Of a stretch of 64,000 nucleotides of DNA, positions 27,370-39,600 are shown one piece after another (positions within the stretch are counted from its first letter, which is position 1; every line of letters begins with the position of its first letter). Under the pieces are notes generated by a model, which saw nothing but the letters and a program-made list of their open reading frames with translations, ran no database searches and was not told the origin of the DNA. The position numbers and the translations under genes are program-made. This DNA comes from Azolla caroliniana (lineage: Eukaryota > Plantae > Polypodiophyta): the NCBI GenBank assembly GCA_043228905.1, contig JBHGNT010000006.1, forward strand, positions 4,278,001 through 4,342,000. The letters are read 5' to 3'.

Positions 27370-30300
27370 TGTTATTAAGAATTAGGGAATTAATTAAGGG
27401 TTAATTAGACCTAATTATGTGATTAAGTTAAGCGGAAGATTATCTGATATGTGTGTGTGTGTGTGTGTGGGAGACAGAGAGGAAGTTACACTTATGAAAA
27501 CAAAGACAAGATGGGGGATGATTAACTAGAGTGTATATTAAAAAGCACCATAAAATACAAAAATACCCACATTGAGGTATATATAGATCTCATGTGCAAG
27601 GGTGCACATGTGTGAGAAGAATATAGGTACAAAGGTGTAAGTCCTATATTAAATGTACTTAGGAGTGGAGGATCTAGAATATCCCACTTAAGTACCACTT
27701 AAGTACAAGGTCGTATTTAAGGATTTATAGTCAACACTTGGAACTAGATTCTATCTAGATAACTACGAAGTTACATGGTTGACTAAATAACTAAACCTAG
27801 TTGAGCTTGATATCTCAACACACCCCCTCAAGCTCAAGTGTGAAGTGACCGACATCCGGTTCTGCTTTCGGCATTGTCCGGCTTTTAACGTCAGCATTTT
27901 CATGGTAGTTTCGGTTCCTCCCCCTCAAGCCTGTGACGAAAGCTTGGGTTGATTGCTTTCAGTCATCGTTGGTCATGAGCCACTTCTGTAGAGATCTTGG
28001 TCTCTTGTTCGGTTGCTACCTTTATCGCGAAGGCATAATAATGATGGGCCATGTACTTGTTGTAGCCGAGCTGAGTGATAGGGTTCTTTTCTCTAGATGA
28101 GCGTCGAAGTTTTTCGCTCGCCAATGTGAGCACCTTCTTTACTCCGGGTGTCCGCATGATGGGTACACCAAAATCACTATCTAGTGAGTGAACTGACACA
28201 TCTGAATCACTGTCATCGGGGTGGTTGACTTCATATTCGGGCATCTTACCTTTGCCTTTGTCTGATCTAGGCACTAGTTGAGATGCGCTTGGAAGGCTTG
28301 AAGGCTAGTGTGGTCCACTTAGCTCGGTAGAGCTTGGATTGTCCTTTGGTAAAGGACATGTCTGAATATCATCCTACGAGTTGACGTTCAAGTCTTCCTC
28401 AGTCGGGTCGGGTGGAGCCGAATCATGCTTATACCAAGATGCTGATTCGTCGAAGACTACGTCTCAACTTACCCGAACCGCTCGGATCGAAGGGTTGAAG
28501 CACTTGTATGCCTTCTTCTTGGATGAGTATCCTACGAGGATACATTTCTCCATCTTCGCGTTGGGCTTCTGTCGGTTTTCATTCAGGATGCGTACATTCG
28601 CAATGCTTCCGAACACCTCGAGGTGCGATAGGATTGGCTTCCTTCCAACAAGGAGCTCGTATGGAGTTAGCTCATGCACTCCATTAGTGGTACATCAATT
28701 CATGAGATAGACGGTCGTTGATGCCGCTTCGGCCCAATAGAAGTTCGGCATGTGCTTGTCATGCAACATGGCCCGTGCTACCTCGATTATTTGCTAATTC
28801 TTCCTTTCGGCGGCTCCATTTTGTTGGGGTGTGTGTCAGCACGAGAACTCTCTCCAAATGCCTTCACCTTAGAGGTAGGAGAGGAATTCATTGGAGAAGT
28901 ATTCTTTGCTTCCATCCGATCATACGCATCAAATGTGCCGATTGGTTTCTTTTTCGACTTGTCTATTGAGGTTTTGAAAGTGGGAGAGCACTTTGTTCTT
29001 CTTCTTTATCGGAAAGATCCACATGTAGCATGAGTAGTCGTTGATGAAGGTGACATAGTATCGACATCCACCGATCGTCGGTGTTTGAGCCGGTCCCCAT
29101 ACATCCGAGTGTATGACGTCAAGTTGGCTTGTGCTTATGTAGCTCTCCTTCGGGAATTGGAGTCGATGTTGTTTGCCGAGTTTACATGCATTGCACACTT
29201 GGTCGACTCATTTCGACTCGAAGGCCTGGAGTCCGATGACGATTCCCTTTGATTGCATAGCTTGGAACCGTTGGAGGTTGATGTGGCCAATTCTCTTGTC
29301 CCACAACTCGATGCTTGTCCTGGTTTTGAGATCTTTGGCATACATGGCCGATTTCACTTCATTCGAATCAAGGATGAACATGGGACCGTCTCTCCGTCGC
29401 TTGGCTATGAGTCGGCCATCTTTCTCGATGAAACAACCTTCGTTGTTGAAGCAGACTTGCTCCACGATTTGACCGACCGAGACCAAATTCTTTGTTATTG
29501 TGGGCACGTGCAAGTTTGTTCGCCTTCTTTCCCGATTGGGACATTGCCGATGTGCCGAATGGGATGTGTGGTGTTGTTTCCCATCTCTATGAAGCCGGAT
29601 CGATTCTGCGTTCTTAAGTCACGAAACCACTATTGGTGTGACGTCATACGATGTGAGGCACCGGAGTCGACGAACCACAGGTCTTCCGAGTTGAAGGTGC
29701 TCATGAAGTCAGAGACCAACATAGAGTTCGCTCTATGTCTCATTACGAATAGTCCACCATCTTGGTGACGTAGTTTGTGACTTGTCATCTTGTTGAAGCT
29801 GACTCCTCTTCTTTCAGCACTCCTCTTCGCGATGGCTAATTTTGCCGCAAGAAGTGCAAGTCGTGGGTCACGTTTGCCGACCTTGTTCAGCATGGAAGCT
29901 CCCCCTTCTTCCGAAGGTAACTTCATGGCTTCCAACTTCTTGTCGAAGGTTTGAGTTCGCTTCATGAGATGGGACGAATTGACCTCTTCTACCGCTGCGA
30001 CCTCATCCTCGGCCATGTCCGAATTCGAGAAGAACATTTGTCCTTCTAACATCTTGGTCTTGGTTCGGATGTGGTTCTCTTAGACCAATAACATTGATTG
30101 GAGATCGAAGAACGAAGGTGGATTTTATCTCTCCAAGATTTCCGTCCTCAACAGGTTGAATCATTGTGCAGGGCCACCCAAGCATACTCGAACCATCTCG
30201 TCTTCGTCGACGTTAATGTTGATGGAACCAAGTGAGTCGCAAATGCTCTTGATCTTGACAGTGTAGTTCGACACAGACATATCTTAGTACCGAATGTTGT

Positions 30301-31837
30301 TCAACTTTTGCCGGAGTTGACATTTGTGGGCGGTCATGTTGGCGGCAAACATTTTCTTCAAGTTCTCCCACACCTCTTTAGGCGTCTTGGCATCTTGAAT
30401 GTGGCTAAGCACATGGTCGTGGACACATGTTCTCAAACATTACATTACTCAACTTGTCACTTGCTCCCATGTTCAGTAGTTGGCATTCTTTGAGTCAAAT
30501 CGATTTTCTTGTGCACCGTTCATGTAGCTCCAATACTCTTGGTGGACGAGGTATTGGTTTATCTTGTACTCCCAAGATGAATAATTGCTCCGGTCTAGCT
30601 TCTCACTAGGGAGCGAGCTACCCATTTGTGTGTTCATGTTGATTCTAGTGTCTTCCGTTTTGCTTTTCTTCCTTCGATCATGTACATGTGCTACGTAGTG
30701 ACACTATGGTAGCGGATAGCTGGATTTTGTTGTCGGTGTCTCGAACACACAATCACAGAGAGTCGGGTGGGCTTAGTGGATGTGCTAAATCACACGCTCT
30801 GATACCATGTTCAAGAATTAGGTAATTAATTAAGGGTTAGTTAGTACCTAATTATGTGATTAAGTTAGGCGGAAGATTATGTGATATGTGTGTGTATGTG
30901 TGTGTGAGAGGAAGACAGAGAGGAAGTCACACTTATGAACTCAAAGACAAGATGGGGGATGATTAACTAGAGTGTGTATTAAAAAGAATCATAAAATAAA
31001 AAAATACCCACAATGAGGTATATATAGATCTCATGTGCAAGGGTGCACATGTGTGAGAAGTGACAGGAATACACGCTCCCGATGAACAACGCTCGGCCAC
31101 AACCGAGCCTAGGACCAAAACACAGAAAACGGGTAATGAACGCACGACACAGTGAAGAGAAGAGTACACAGGATGTTAACGTGGAAAACCCAAACTAGGG
31201 AAAAACCACGGTAGCCCACAGACTGCAAACTATCACTATATCACAATGTACAATAGTAAAGCACCGAGGCAACGACCTCGAGCTTACTATCTTCGCCACA
31301 GGCGGCGGTTACAACAGAGGCAACGACCTCTTCCTCTCTCTCTCTCTCTGTACACAATTACACACACAAAAAAAACTTGCGCCAACAAGAGATGAATACA
31401 ACTACACTACACTAAGTTTGCCCTAAGTCATATTTATAATAATATGAGATTTTCGGCTATTTACAAATATAGCCCCTATGGACTCTCAGAAACATATTTA
31501 CGAATATGTCCGTTCATCCGGTGAGCACTCCTCACCAGGCCTGCATCATCCGGCTCTTGCCGGGCACTCATCATCCGAGGCCGAGTTTGCTCATCAACAC
31601 TGTTCTTCTCACTTCCCATCCGGAGGGACGTGTTTGCTAACAAGAAGAATATAGGTACAAAGGTGTAAGTCCTATATTAAATGTACTTAGGAGTGGAGGA
31701 TCTAGAATATCCCACTTAAGTACAAGGTCCTATTTAAGTCTTTATAGTCAACACTTGGAACTAGATTTTATCTAGGTAACTACGAAGTTACATGGTTGAC
31801 TAAATAAATAAACCTAGTTGAGCTTGATATATCAACA
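27370..31837 (-). mobile_element. Ty1/copia element B, copy 2
   Basis: LTRs at 27370-27820 and 30808-31837. A perfect iMet PBS TGGTATCAGAGC lies at 30796-30807. The flanks read GGTTT/GCTTT. The RT deletion is the same as in copy 1. Confidence 0.9.
31061..31642. mobile_element. Solo LTR (582 bp) inside the LTR of B copy 2
   Basis: TG...CA termini and a perfect 5-bp TSD AGAAG (31056-31060 and 31643-31647). The other three B LTRs show the empty site. Confidence 0.92.
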
Positions 31838-32124
31838 GCTTTGATGTGAACCTTTTCCCTATACGTGGGCAATTTTTACTCTAGTGCTGGCTAGAGGTTT
31901 TTTCCCCATGTTACCACATACATGACTCACTCATATGTGGTGGTACTTAGTACTTTAGGATATATATTTCAACTCTTACTAGTTTTGTATTATTCATCAA
32001 TAGAGAGAGCTATTCCAGGCATTGTCTTATTTGTGTGCTTCTTGTGTGTCTCTCACTCTTCCACACACACCCAACAAGCATAGTCTACAAGTAGTTGTAA
32101 CATGTCAAAATGTTTAAGAATGCT

Positions 32125-34862
32125 CTATATATATTGTGCTTGAGATAAAGAAATCATGCCTTGACTACAATTTCTTTTAACTTCAATTCCTAGAAAATAA
32201 GACATGGGACCTAGATCAATGATTGGAAATTTGGCCTTTAATTCTTATTTACATATAGCGAAATACGATAGAAAATTCGATACTAATGATAGGTCATCTA
32301 CATACACCCTTATTAATATGAAGTTAGATGCGTTCGTCTAAATATATAGATATATATATAATCGAGCATAACCAGTACTAAGAAGAAAAGAGTGTGAACA
32401 GTGATACCACACTCAAGGTGATTGGCGAAGTCCATAGATAGATTTCCAAAGTCGACATATGTGATTTGGGAATTGAGCACTTTTAAATTAAGGTGGTTGT
32501 TGCATGTAGACTTCTTCATCGAGTTCACCATGTAAAAGTGTTGTTTGAATATCCAAATGATGAAGTTCAAGGTTCAACGATGTGGCAAGTGCCACGAGCA
32601 TACGAAAAGACATTATCTTTACATTGAGAGTAAAAGACTCTTTGAAATCAATTCCGGGTACTTGCAAGAATCCTCATGCAATGACTTGAGCTTTATAACA
32701 TAGGCTTTCTGAGATATTCTTGTTTAACTCGGAGTACCCACTTACATGTGACTATATTCCGGTCCATGTCTCCTTTTTCCACAAAAATCTATGTCTCATT
32801 ATTTTGGAGAGCATTCATTTCATCTTCCATTGCTTGGCCCCACTTGTGTGCATCGTGTCCATTTAAAGTGTCTTCAACATTTAGGGGCTCATCACACTTG
32901 CATCTTTTTCAGGTACTCATCCAAAACATTCCTCTGTTTCTTATTAGGTTGTAAAGATTCATTCCTCGATGTAGTGCCCAAGTTCATTTTAGAGTATGTA
33001 TGAATGAAAATTGTAGAGTTGATGTGTGGTGGGGTGGAGGCTATAACTGTAGCGTAGGAGCGATTGTGATTTTCCTCTTTGGATGATGTGATGGGCAAGT
33101 GGCAGAAGGTATTTTCCACAAGATTGTGCTTTGGGATTTGGGTTTGGTAATTTACGTTGTCATGAAGATTTTCGGCAATAGTGTGAAAATTGTGAGGAAC
33201 ATACAAAATCGAATGTGGTTCTTCTCTCAAGATATGAAACAATAATAGTAAAGATACTATTTTAAATAAGTTTAATATCTTGCTACGAAAAGATGGACGT
33301 CTTGAAGAGCTTTCGAATGCCCTTTACTACATAAGAAATGGACAACTAAGTGTCAAGTTATGTGGGTATGAAGATTGCGAAGAAGAAGAGAAAAACAAAA
33401 TTGTGAGATATCCTACATAGACAGTACAAATAAGGATCCCAGAGTATATAAGCATACCAATATCTCTTCATAATATATCTATGTGTTTGGAGTATAGTAA
33501 AGGTGAGTTGTATGACTTGACGAATGGATGCAGCCAAGTCCATTGGTTTTGGACGGAACTGGACTGGTGACCAAACCGGTGGACGGCACCCGATGGGTCC
33601 GGATGGACTGGACGGGAAGATTTATCGCGATGCATGAGGTCTTGAAGTTTTCCGGTGTGAAATGAACAAAATAGTCTAGTTCTTTGGAGGTCAAGTGAAG
33701 GTGTAATATGCACTTAAACATTTGTAGAAAACAAGACTAAAAAGCCTAGTAAAAACAAATTTGTATATGAAAGGGTGCAAGTAAGAATTTGAACCTTGCA
33801 CTTCCAAGTTGAAAGTCAATAGAAAACAAGACTAAAAAGCCTAGTAAAAACAAATTTGTATATGAAAGGGTGCAAGTAAGAATTTGAACCTTGCACTTCC
33901 ATGTTGAAAGTCAATAGGCTTACCACTAAGCCAAATCATATCTACCAAAGTTTTACTTTTGATCATTTTACATATAAATTCTTATACATGAGTGCTTAGA
34001 TGATGACATGGCAAACATGCATTGCATGCATGTCTTGCACCCTTACATGCACCATATGCATGGGGGAATCTATAAAAGAGTGGAGGAATCAAGCAAGAAA
34101 AAACTAATGAAAATTTTGGGAAAAATAAGAAACTTGTTATCCTATTGTTGATGTATCTTGTCTCTCAAATCTAAAGTTAAGCGTTTAAATCTTTATCTCA
34201 ATCTCTCTTTCTCCATATCAATCTCTCTCAATCTATCGTAAATACTTTCTCGCTAAAGCTAGTACAAACTTCAAATCCTTCTGGTCCAGAACCCCTGTGG
34301 TTCCGCCTCACGATCCGCACAGTGACGGATTTTCACGACAACGTGGCAAGGTTTTGGGTGTCTTTTGGTTGTACATGTAAAGATTTTGTTAGATCATTAG
34401 TTGTATTTGTGATTGATGGTTGTACCTTTGTTTCATATTGGGTAGTTATGGTCGAGTCATCAAAAATTACGCTTTGATTGAAGATAAATTTTTTTGATGT
34501 CGTATCATAAAGTCGATAGGCATTATACCCGTGAACGTCACCATATCTGACGACGATAGTTTTGTTTGCCCAAACATCGGGTTTGTTTTTTTATTCTCAG
34601 GTACATATGTGTAATCCAGACAACCAAATATTCTAAGACCTTTTACACATGGTTTATGTCCATACCATAATTTGTATGGTATCATTAATCCTACTGAACG
34701 ATGACAGATTCGATTTTGTAGATAACATGTTGTACCAACAACTTCTTCCTAAAATTTTGAAGGTGGCTTATCAACTTAGAGCATGCTTCAAGCGGTGTTT
34801 AGAAGACTTCTATTTTTCCATTCTGCTACTCCATTTTTTCGTGGAGTATGAGGTGTCGAAAT
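32125..34862 (-). mobile_element. Highly decayed copia internal fragment (integrase-RT)
   Basis: IPYKLWYGHKPCVKGLRIFGCLDY at 34685-34600 and RT-like remnants at 32150-32900. Absent from the paralogous site at ~22726. Confidence 0.72.
33158..34340 (+). mobile_element. Gypsy-type solo LTR (1183 bp)
   Basis: Inverted termini TGTCATGAA...TTCACGACA and a 4-bp TSD ACGT. TATAAAAG at 34071. An internal ~95-bp tandem duplication (33725-33917) overlaps a tRNA-like module. Confidence 0.85.
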
Positions 34863-34864
34863 AC

Positions 34865-35420
34865 GATGGCGGCTTCCTTGGGCTTGGGATAATTTCTTCA
34901 ATGTACTAAAACAATATTCACACCCACCATCACTCAACTAGGTATCAACTCGGATATTCTCATTGGAAGCACTCGTATAAATTGTTCGATGGGCTGAGAT
35001 CCCTCAAGGTGGGTGCCGATCACATGGCTTTACATGAAGGCATGCTCATACATTCTGAAATCATGGATCGAGGCATATAAAAGGACCTCTATACCATAAT
35101 GTTTTGATTGAGTTTTACGTTAAATGTGGAAAATAGAGGATGCTTGGTCATAGAGGATGCTTGGTAAAGTCTATCAACGAAGGATTCATGGCTAGCCATT
35201 GTCTTACACAAGACGGGTTGTGCAACGATAGTCACTTCCTTTCCATCTATTTTGTATTTTGTAGCTAATACTTTTTTCAAAACTAATGGAAAGATATGTT
35301 TTCTTGAAAAAAAATATTCACACCCACCATTGGTTTGTAGTTGTTGAATGGATCTTTGTATTATATTCTCTCGTAATCGGATGTCATTTTTGAATGCCCA
35401 AGTTGCTTGAACTTTGGTTT
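34865..35420 (+). pseudogene. PLS-class PPR gene fragment, copy 2
   Basis: Paralog of 22726-23300 with an additional small deletion. Confidence 0.72.
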
Positions 35421-35569
35421 CTAAAAAGGTTACAACTTTAAAATGACTATAATCATCGACAAAGCTAATAAAATAATGAGATCCAGTTATTGATTTTGTA
35501 GGCGAGGGTCCACAAATGTCATTATGTACAAGTTGTAATGGATTTTGGCATTTGCTATGCTGAATTGGA

Positions 35570-35640
35570 AATGGATGTTGTATCCAGAATTGGAAGTTTT
35601 TTCATGAAGAAGGCCTTTAAGTTTGTCATGGTAAAATAGC
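35570..35640 (-). pseudogene. FAR exon-4-like remnant
   Basis: The reverse complement reads [20 protein letters not shown]. It sits at the same position relative to the terminal exon as the 3205-3365 remnant. Confidence 0.65.
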
Positions 35641-36670
35641 CAGAGATTTAAATTGGTTGTCTTTTTGTAGAAGGCCTTTCATGTAGATGATTTTAAAACC
35701 ATCTACAGGGTTATGACATCCAACATGATTCAATTGAGTTCTATGGATGACACCAATCCTTACACTACTACCCAATGAAACAAATCACGATCAATGCGAA
35801 AAAAGTTAGTTCTCCAATGATTTATCGAGATTGAAACCATAATAAGGAAAGCTATGCATAAAAGGGAGGGCTTAGATTGATAAATTTCTAAAACTAAATT
35901 TAGAAGTGTAGATTGGACCATTACAAGACTTTATTTTAGATTCACCACAAGTGTGACACAATATTGGTCTAGCGAATGGGGATTATGTTTATATGTAGGT
36001 ATATGTTGCAAAAATCATCTCGTGATGTAGTGTGTTCATGGGAGGAAAAGTGTCGGACTCCAATTAGTTTACGGAAGTTTAAAGGTTAATTTATAGGAAT
36101 CCTAGAATTCTGTTGAACGGTTGTCTAATGCCAACCAGCTCATGATATATCAACAATTCTCTCACTGTATGTATATAGAAATTAGCAAATTGATTAAGTT
36201 GTTATTTTATTTGGGTACATCTGTCATGGAATTGTATCAATTGAGGGAACCTTAGTAACGGAAAATTTTGGTCCCACATGGGTGGTGAGGACAAATTTAT
36301 AGGAGGTTGTACACTTAAAAAAGTTTCATGATGTTGTTTAACCATTAGAGAAGGTTCACATAGCAACATTTACAAGATGATGTATTTATAATTGAGATAA
36401 ACCAAAACAAGTGGGAAGCTTAATATGTATCCTTTACATAAGTTTTAGGCCTTCAACTAACATAAGAGGTAGTTCATTTTTTCGTTTTGGCAAATCATGC
36501 ATAGCACATTTTTACTATTCATAAGTCATGGCAAGAGCATCAACTTCAAATTTTGTGAAACACTTAAGATAAATAATTGAAATGTTTATTTATTTATTTC
36601 TCTACAAGAATGTTTTAATAGAAATAAGGAGCGCCTAGAAAAACTACTAGCGCACTTTCTTCAAGTTTGC

Positions 36671-39600
36671 TCACAATTTGGAACCGCGTCCCTTCAATAC
36701 ATGCTTCCTTAAGCCCGGAATGTGTATCCTTTTTATGTAAGTTTCCCAATCAATGTCATTAAAATTGAAGCCAAATAATTGTTTTTCTTCCATTGATAGA
36801 TCTTCATGGAGTTGTCGCGTATTCGAATTGTCAAATCTATAAAAACATGACATGTTGGTTGATATTAGGATGAAATAGAGCATTGTTTAGTTATGTATTT
36901 TGTTGTATGAATTTCGATTGATATTTACCTCTACGAAAATGTATACAAGATTTTTAGTAGATAAACATATGTTTAAATTAACATAAACATACATGAGAGA
37001 ACATAAAACATGAAATCCAAACACACATGCATAGTGGAAACAATTAAATCTATTAATGTAGTTGTTTCATGCGTGTGCTAGATAATATCTTAGAAATAAG
37101 ACCTAAGAAGATGTCATAGATGTCATTATGTATAGAACCAATATATGGTCATGATATGCATCCAAGATGTGGTAAGGAGGACCTACCTTCCTCCATAGAA
37201 TGTGTAAGGGTAATAAAGATTCGCTAGTTTGAGTGTGCGCTCGTTTGCTTTCAGAGCCATTTGCTGGTACAATTTGGAGGACTTCGAATTTGAACTCTAG
37301 ACATGGTAAAGAACAATGTAGGTTACCATTTGTGGAATTGAGTAGAGTGGGTAATGTCCATGTTTGAATGAGCAAGAAAGTGATATCATATCATTGTGGT
37401 CTTTTTATAATACAATCAATATACTTGATTGCTTAGCATTTATGGATTTGGGTAGATAATGTCTATGATCGAATGACCAAGAGAGTGATATCATATCATT
37501 GTAGTGTTTTTATTATATAATCAATATAACTGTTTGTTTTTGCAAATATTCTTGATATGGCGTGTCCCATTTGTGTGTCATGGCATCTTGATTCTATACT
37601 AAATTGTATAAAATTATATTGCATTTTCTTATTTTAGGATTTCTAATCCAAATTTGGACATAGTATAAAATTCATCAAGGTGATGCATGGGGTCATTTGT
37701 GTTAAGTATGTAATTAGTTATCTTCAATTAGCAAAATTGGATATAATCAAATTCGTGAAGGGGATTTGATGACTTCATTTTTGTTCATTATATAATTAGT
37801 TACTGTGTGTTCTTAACGTGAGAGCAGAGACTAAACCAGTAATTAACGAATGTGATGACAGTAAGCTATCTGTCACACTAGTATGTAAAATACTTGCATA
37901 ATATAAAATTTATAATATGTACCTCGGATTTGGAATCAAGTTGAGATAATGATTCTGTATAGCTCTCCATATCTGGGTACAGTTGAAACTTCGAGTTTCT
38001 GATAGGTTTTCCACTATTGTCCAAGAAAGGCTGCTCTTCAAAATGTTCTTCCATGAATCGCTTAAAGCTTGACACAGGGAAAGGATTGACCGTGGAGGAT
38101 GCCACCTGATAAATTTCTAGTCCTGGCTTGCAAGCATGTTTCGCCATGGCAGCAAGCATTGCATTGGCCACCATATCCACAGGTACCTACATACACTCAT
38201 AAGCACGCCTTACACTCTGCATACATGCCAAAATGACCAATATAATGCATATATATGCCCTACCATGTAAGTAAAGCATTATACCAAAACTAGCTGGCTG
38301 GTTTTATATTGCATTCCAATTCTGCAGATTTTTGAATGTAAAGCTATAACAAGGAAGATATATATACTAACCACATCAATCAGACAATTCGGATCCATGG
38401 GGAAGCCTCGGAGTTGACCCTTTCCGTATGATATAAACAGGGGATCCATCATCCTTGTGTTCAACAAAAACAAAACAAAACAAATCCATGCATTACAGCT
38501 CAAGAGAATTGTTATGTTCCATGATGTTTTTCCTGCAAAAATATGTACCTGTTGCCTTCGATCCAGCCTGGGAACGGGTCTTGGAATGAGCTCTCCACTA
38601 TACTTGGCCTCACAATCACTGTTGGTAGATCATCTCTCATACTGTCTACAACCATCTCCCCCATTGCCTTTGTAAGCACATATGTGTCTTGCCAACCATA
38701 GTCACTTGCCCTATTAACATCATACATATATGAGAGCCATAGGTCATTTAATTGAACATTATTAAGTCGCAATTAGTTACTAATCTACGATTACGCCTAC
38801 CTTTCGAATCCTAACTCCTTCATTTTGATGGTAACATGGTTTTTGCTATCCTCCTCTTCTGTACTCCCAATGTTATTGAAAGCACTCAGATTTTGTTTGA
38901 TAAGTTTGGACTCGAAATCCACAAACATCTGAGGATGCAGATTCCCTTCCAATGTCTTGATGGTTGCATCGGCGATGTTGTATGCAGAATTGAAAGTTTT
39001 CTCATGTAGAAGGCCTTTACGTTTGCCATGGGCAAAAGCTGCATAATTTCACAAAAACCATGGGAATCAAAAGCTCTGCACATGCATACCAAGTAAATTT
39101 GAAGGTTTTGAATGGAGATTAGAATATGTCACCTGTAGACACATGCATGAAAAGTTGTAGGTGCAAACAACTTTTGGCCAATTCCGTAATTCTTCGAGGG
39201 CCTTCGGTGTTCATATTAAGCGCATAATCATACCTATCCAATATGATTGTGTTGTTATGCAGAATGTTTGAGCTCACTCACATTTAGGTCATGGACTAGG
39301 TAGGGAAGAGAGAAGAATCAATTGATCTATCCATTCTTAATCTCACCTTTCATCGAAGCCTGTGGTAGCAGCAGAATTAACAATTACATGAAGTTTGGTA
39401 GCAAGGGAGGTGAATGTGGAGGGATCCATGGCCAGCATTTCCTTTGTCATGTCACCGACCACCACGCTTATATTTTTCTCCATGAAAGCTTCATATTCTT
39501 CAGCATGGAGAGATCGCAAGCATTCGAATAAGTCGCTCCGCAAGATCTCCTCCTTCAGCCTGCGTATTGCGCAGGTTGCATCTTCTGCTTTGATGAGTAA

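Larger units (their letters stand above)
25040..32076 (+). mobile_element. Ty1/copia element A, copy 2
   Basis: Integrase (FWMEAV..HLRVFGCLAYA), RT (LYVDDI) and RNaseH (FTDSDWAG, DNVADIFTKAL) are present. The 3' LTR (27339-32076) is interrupted by element B at the same site as in copy 1. Confidence 0.9.
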
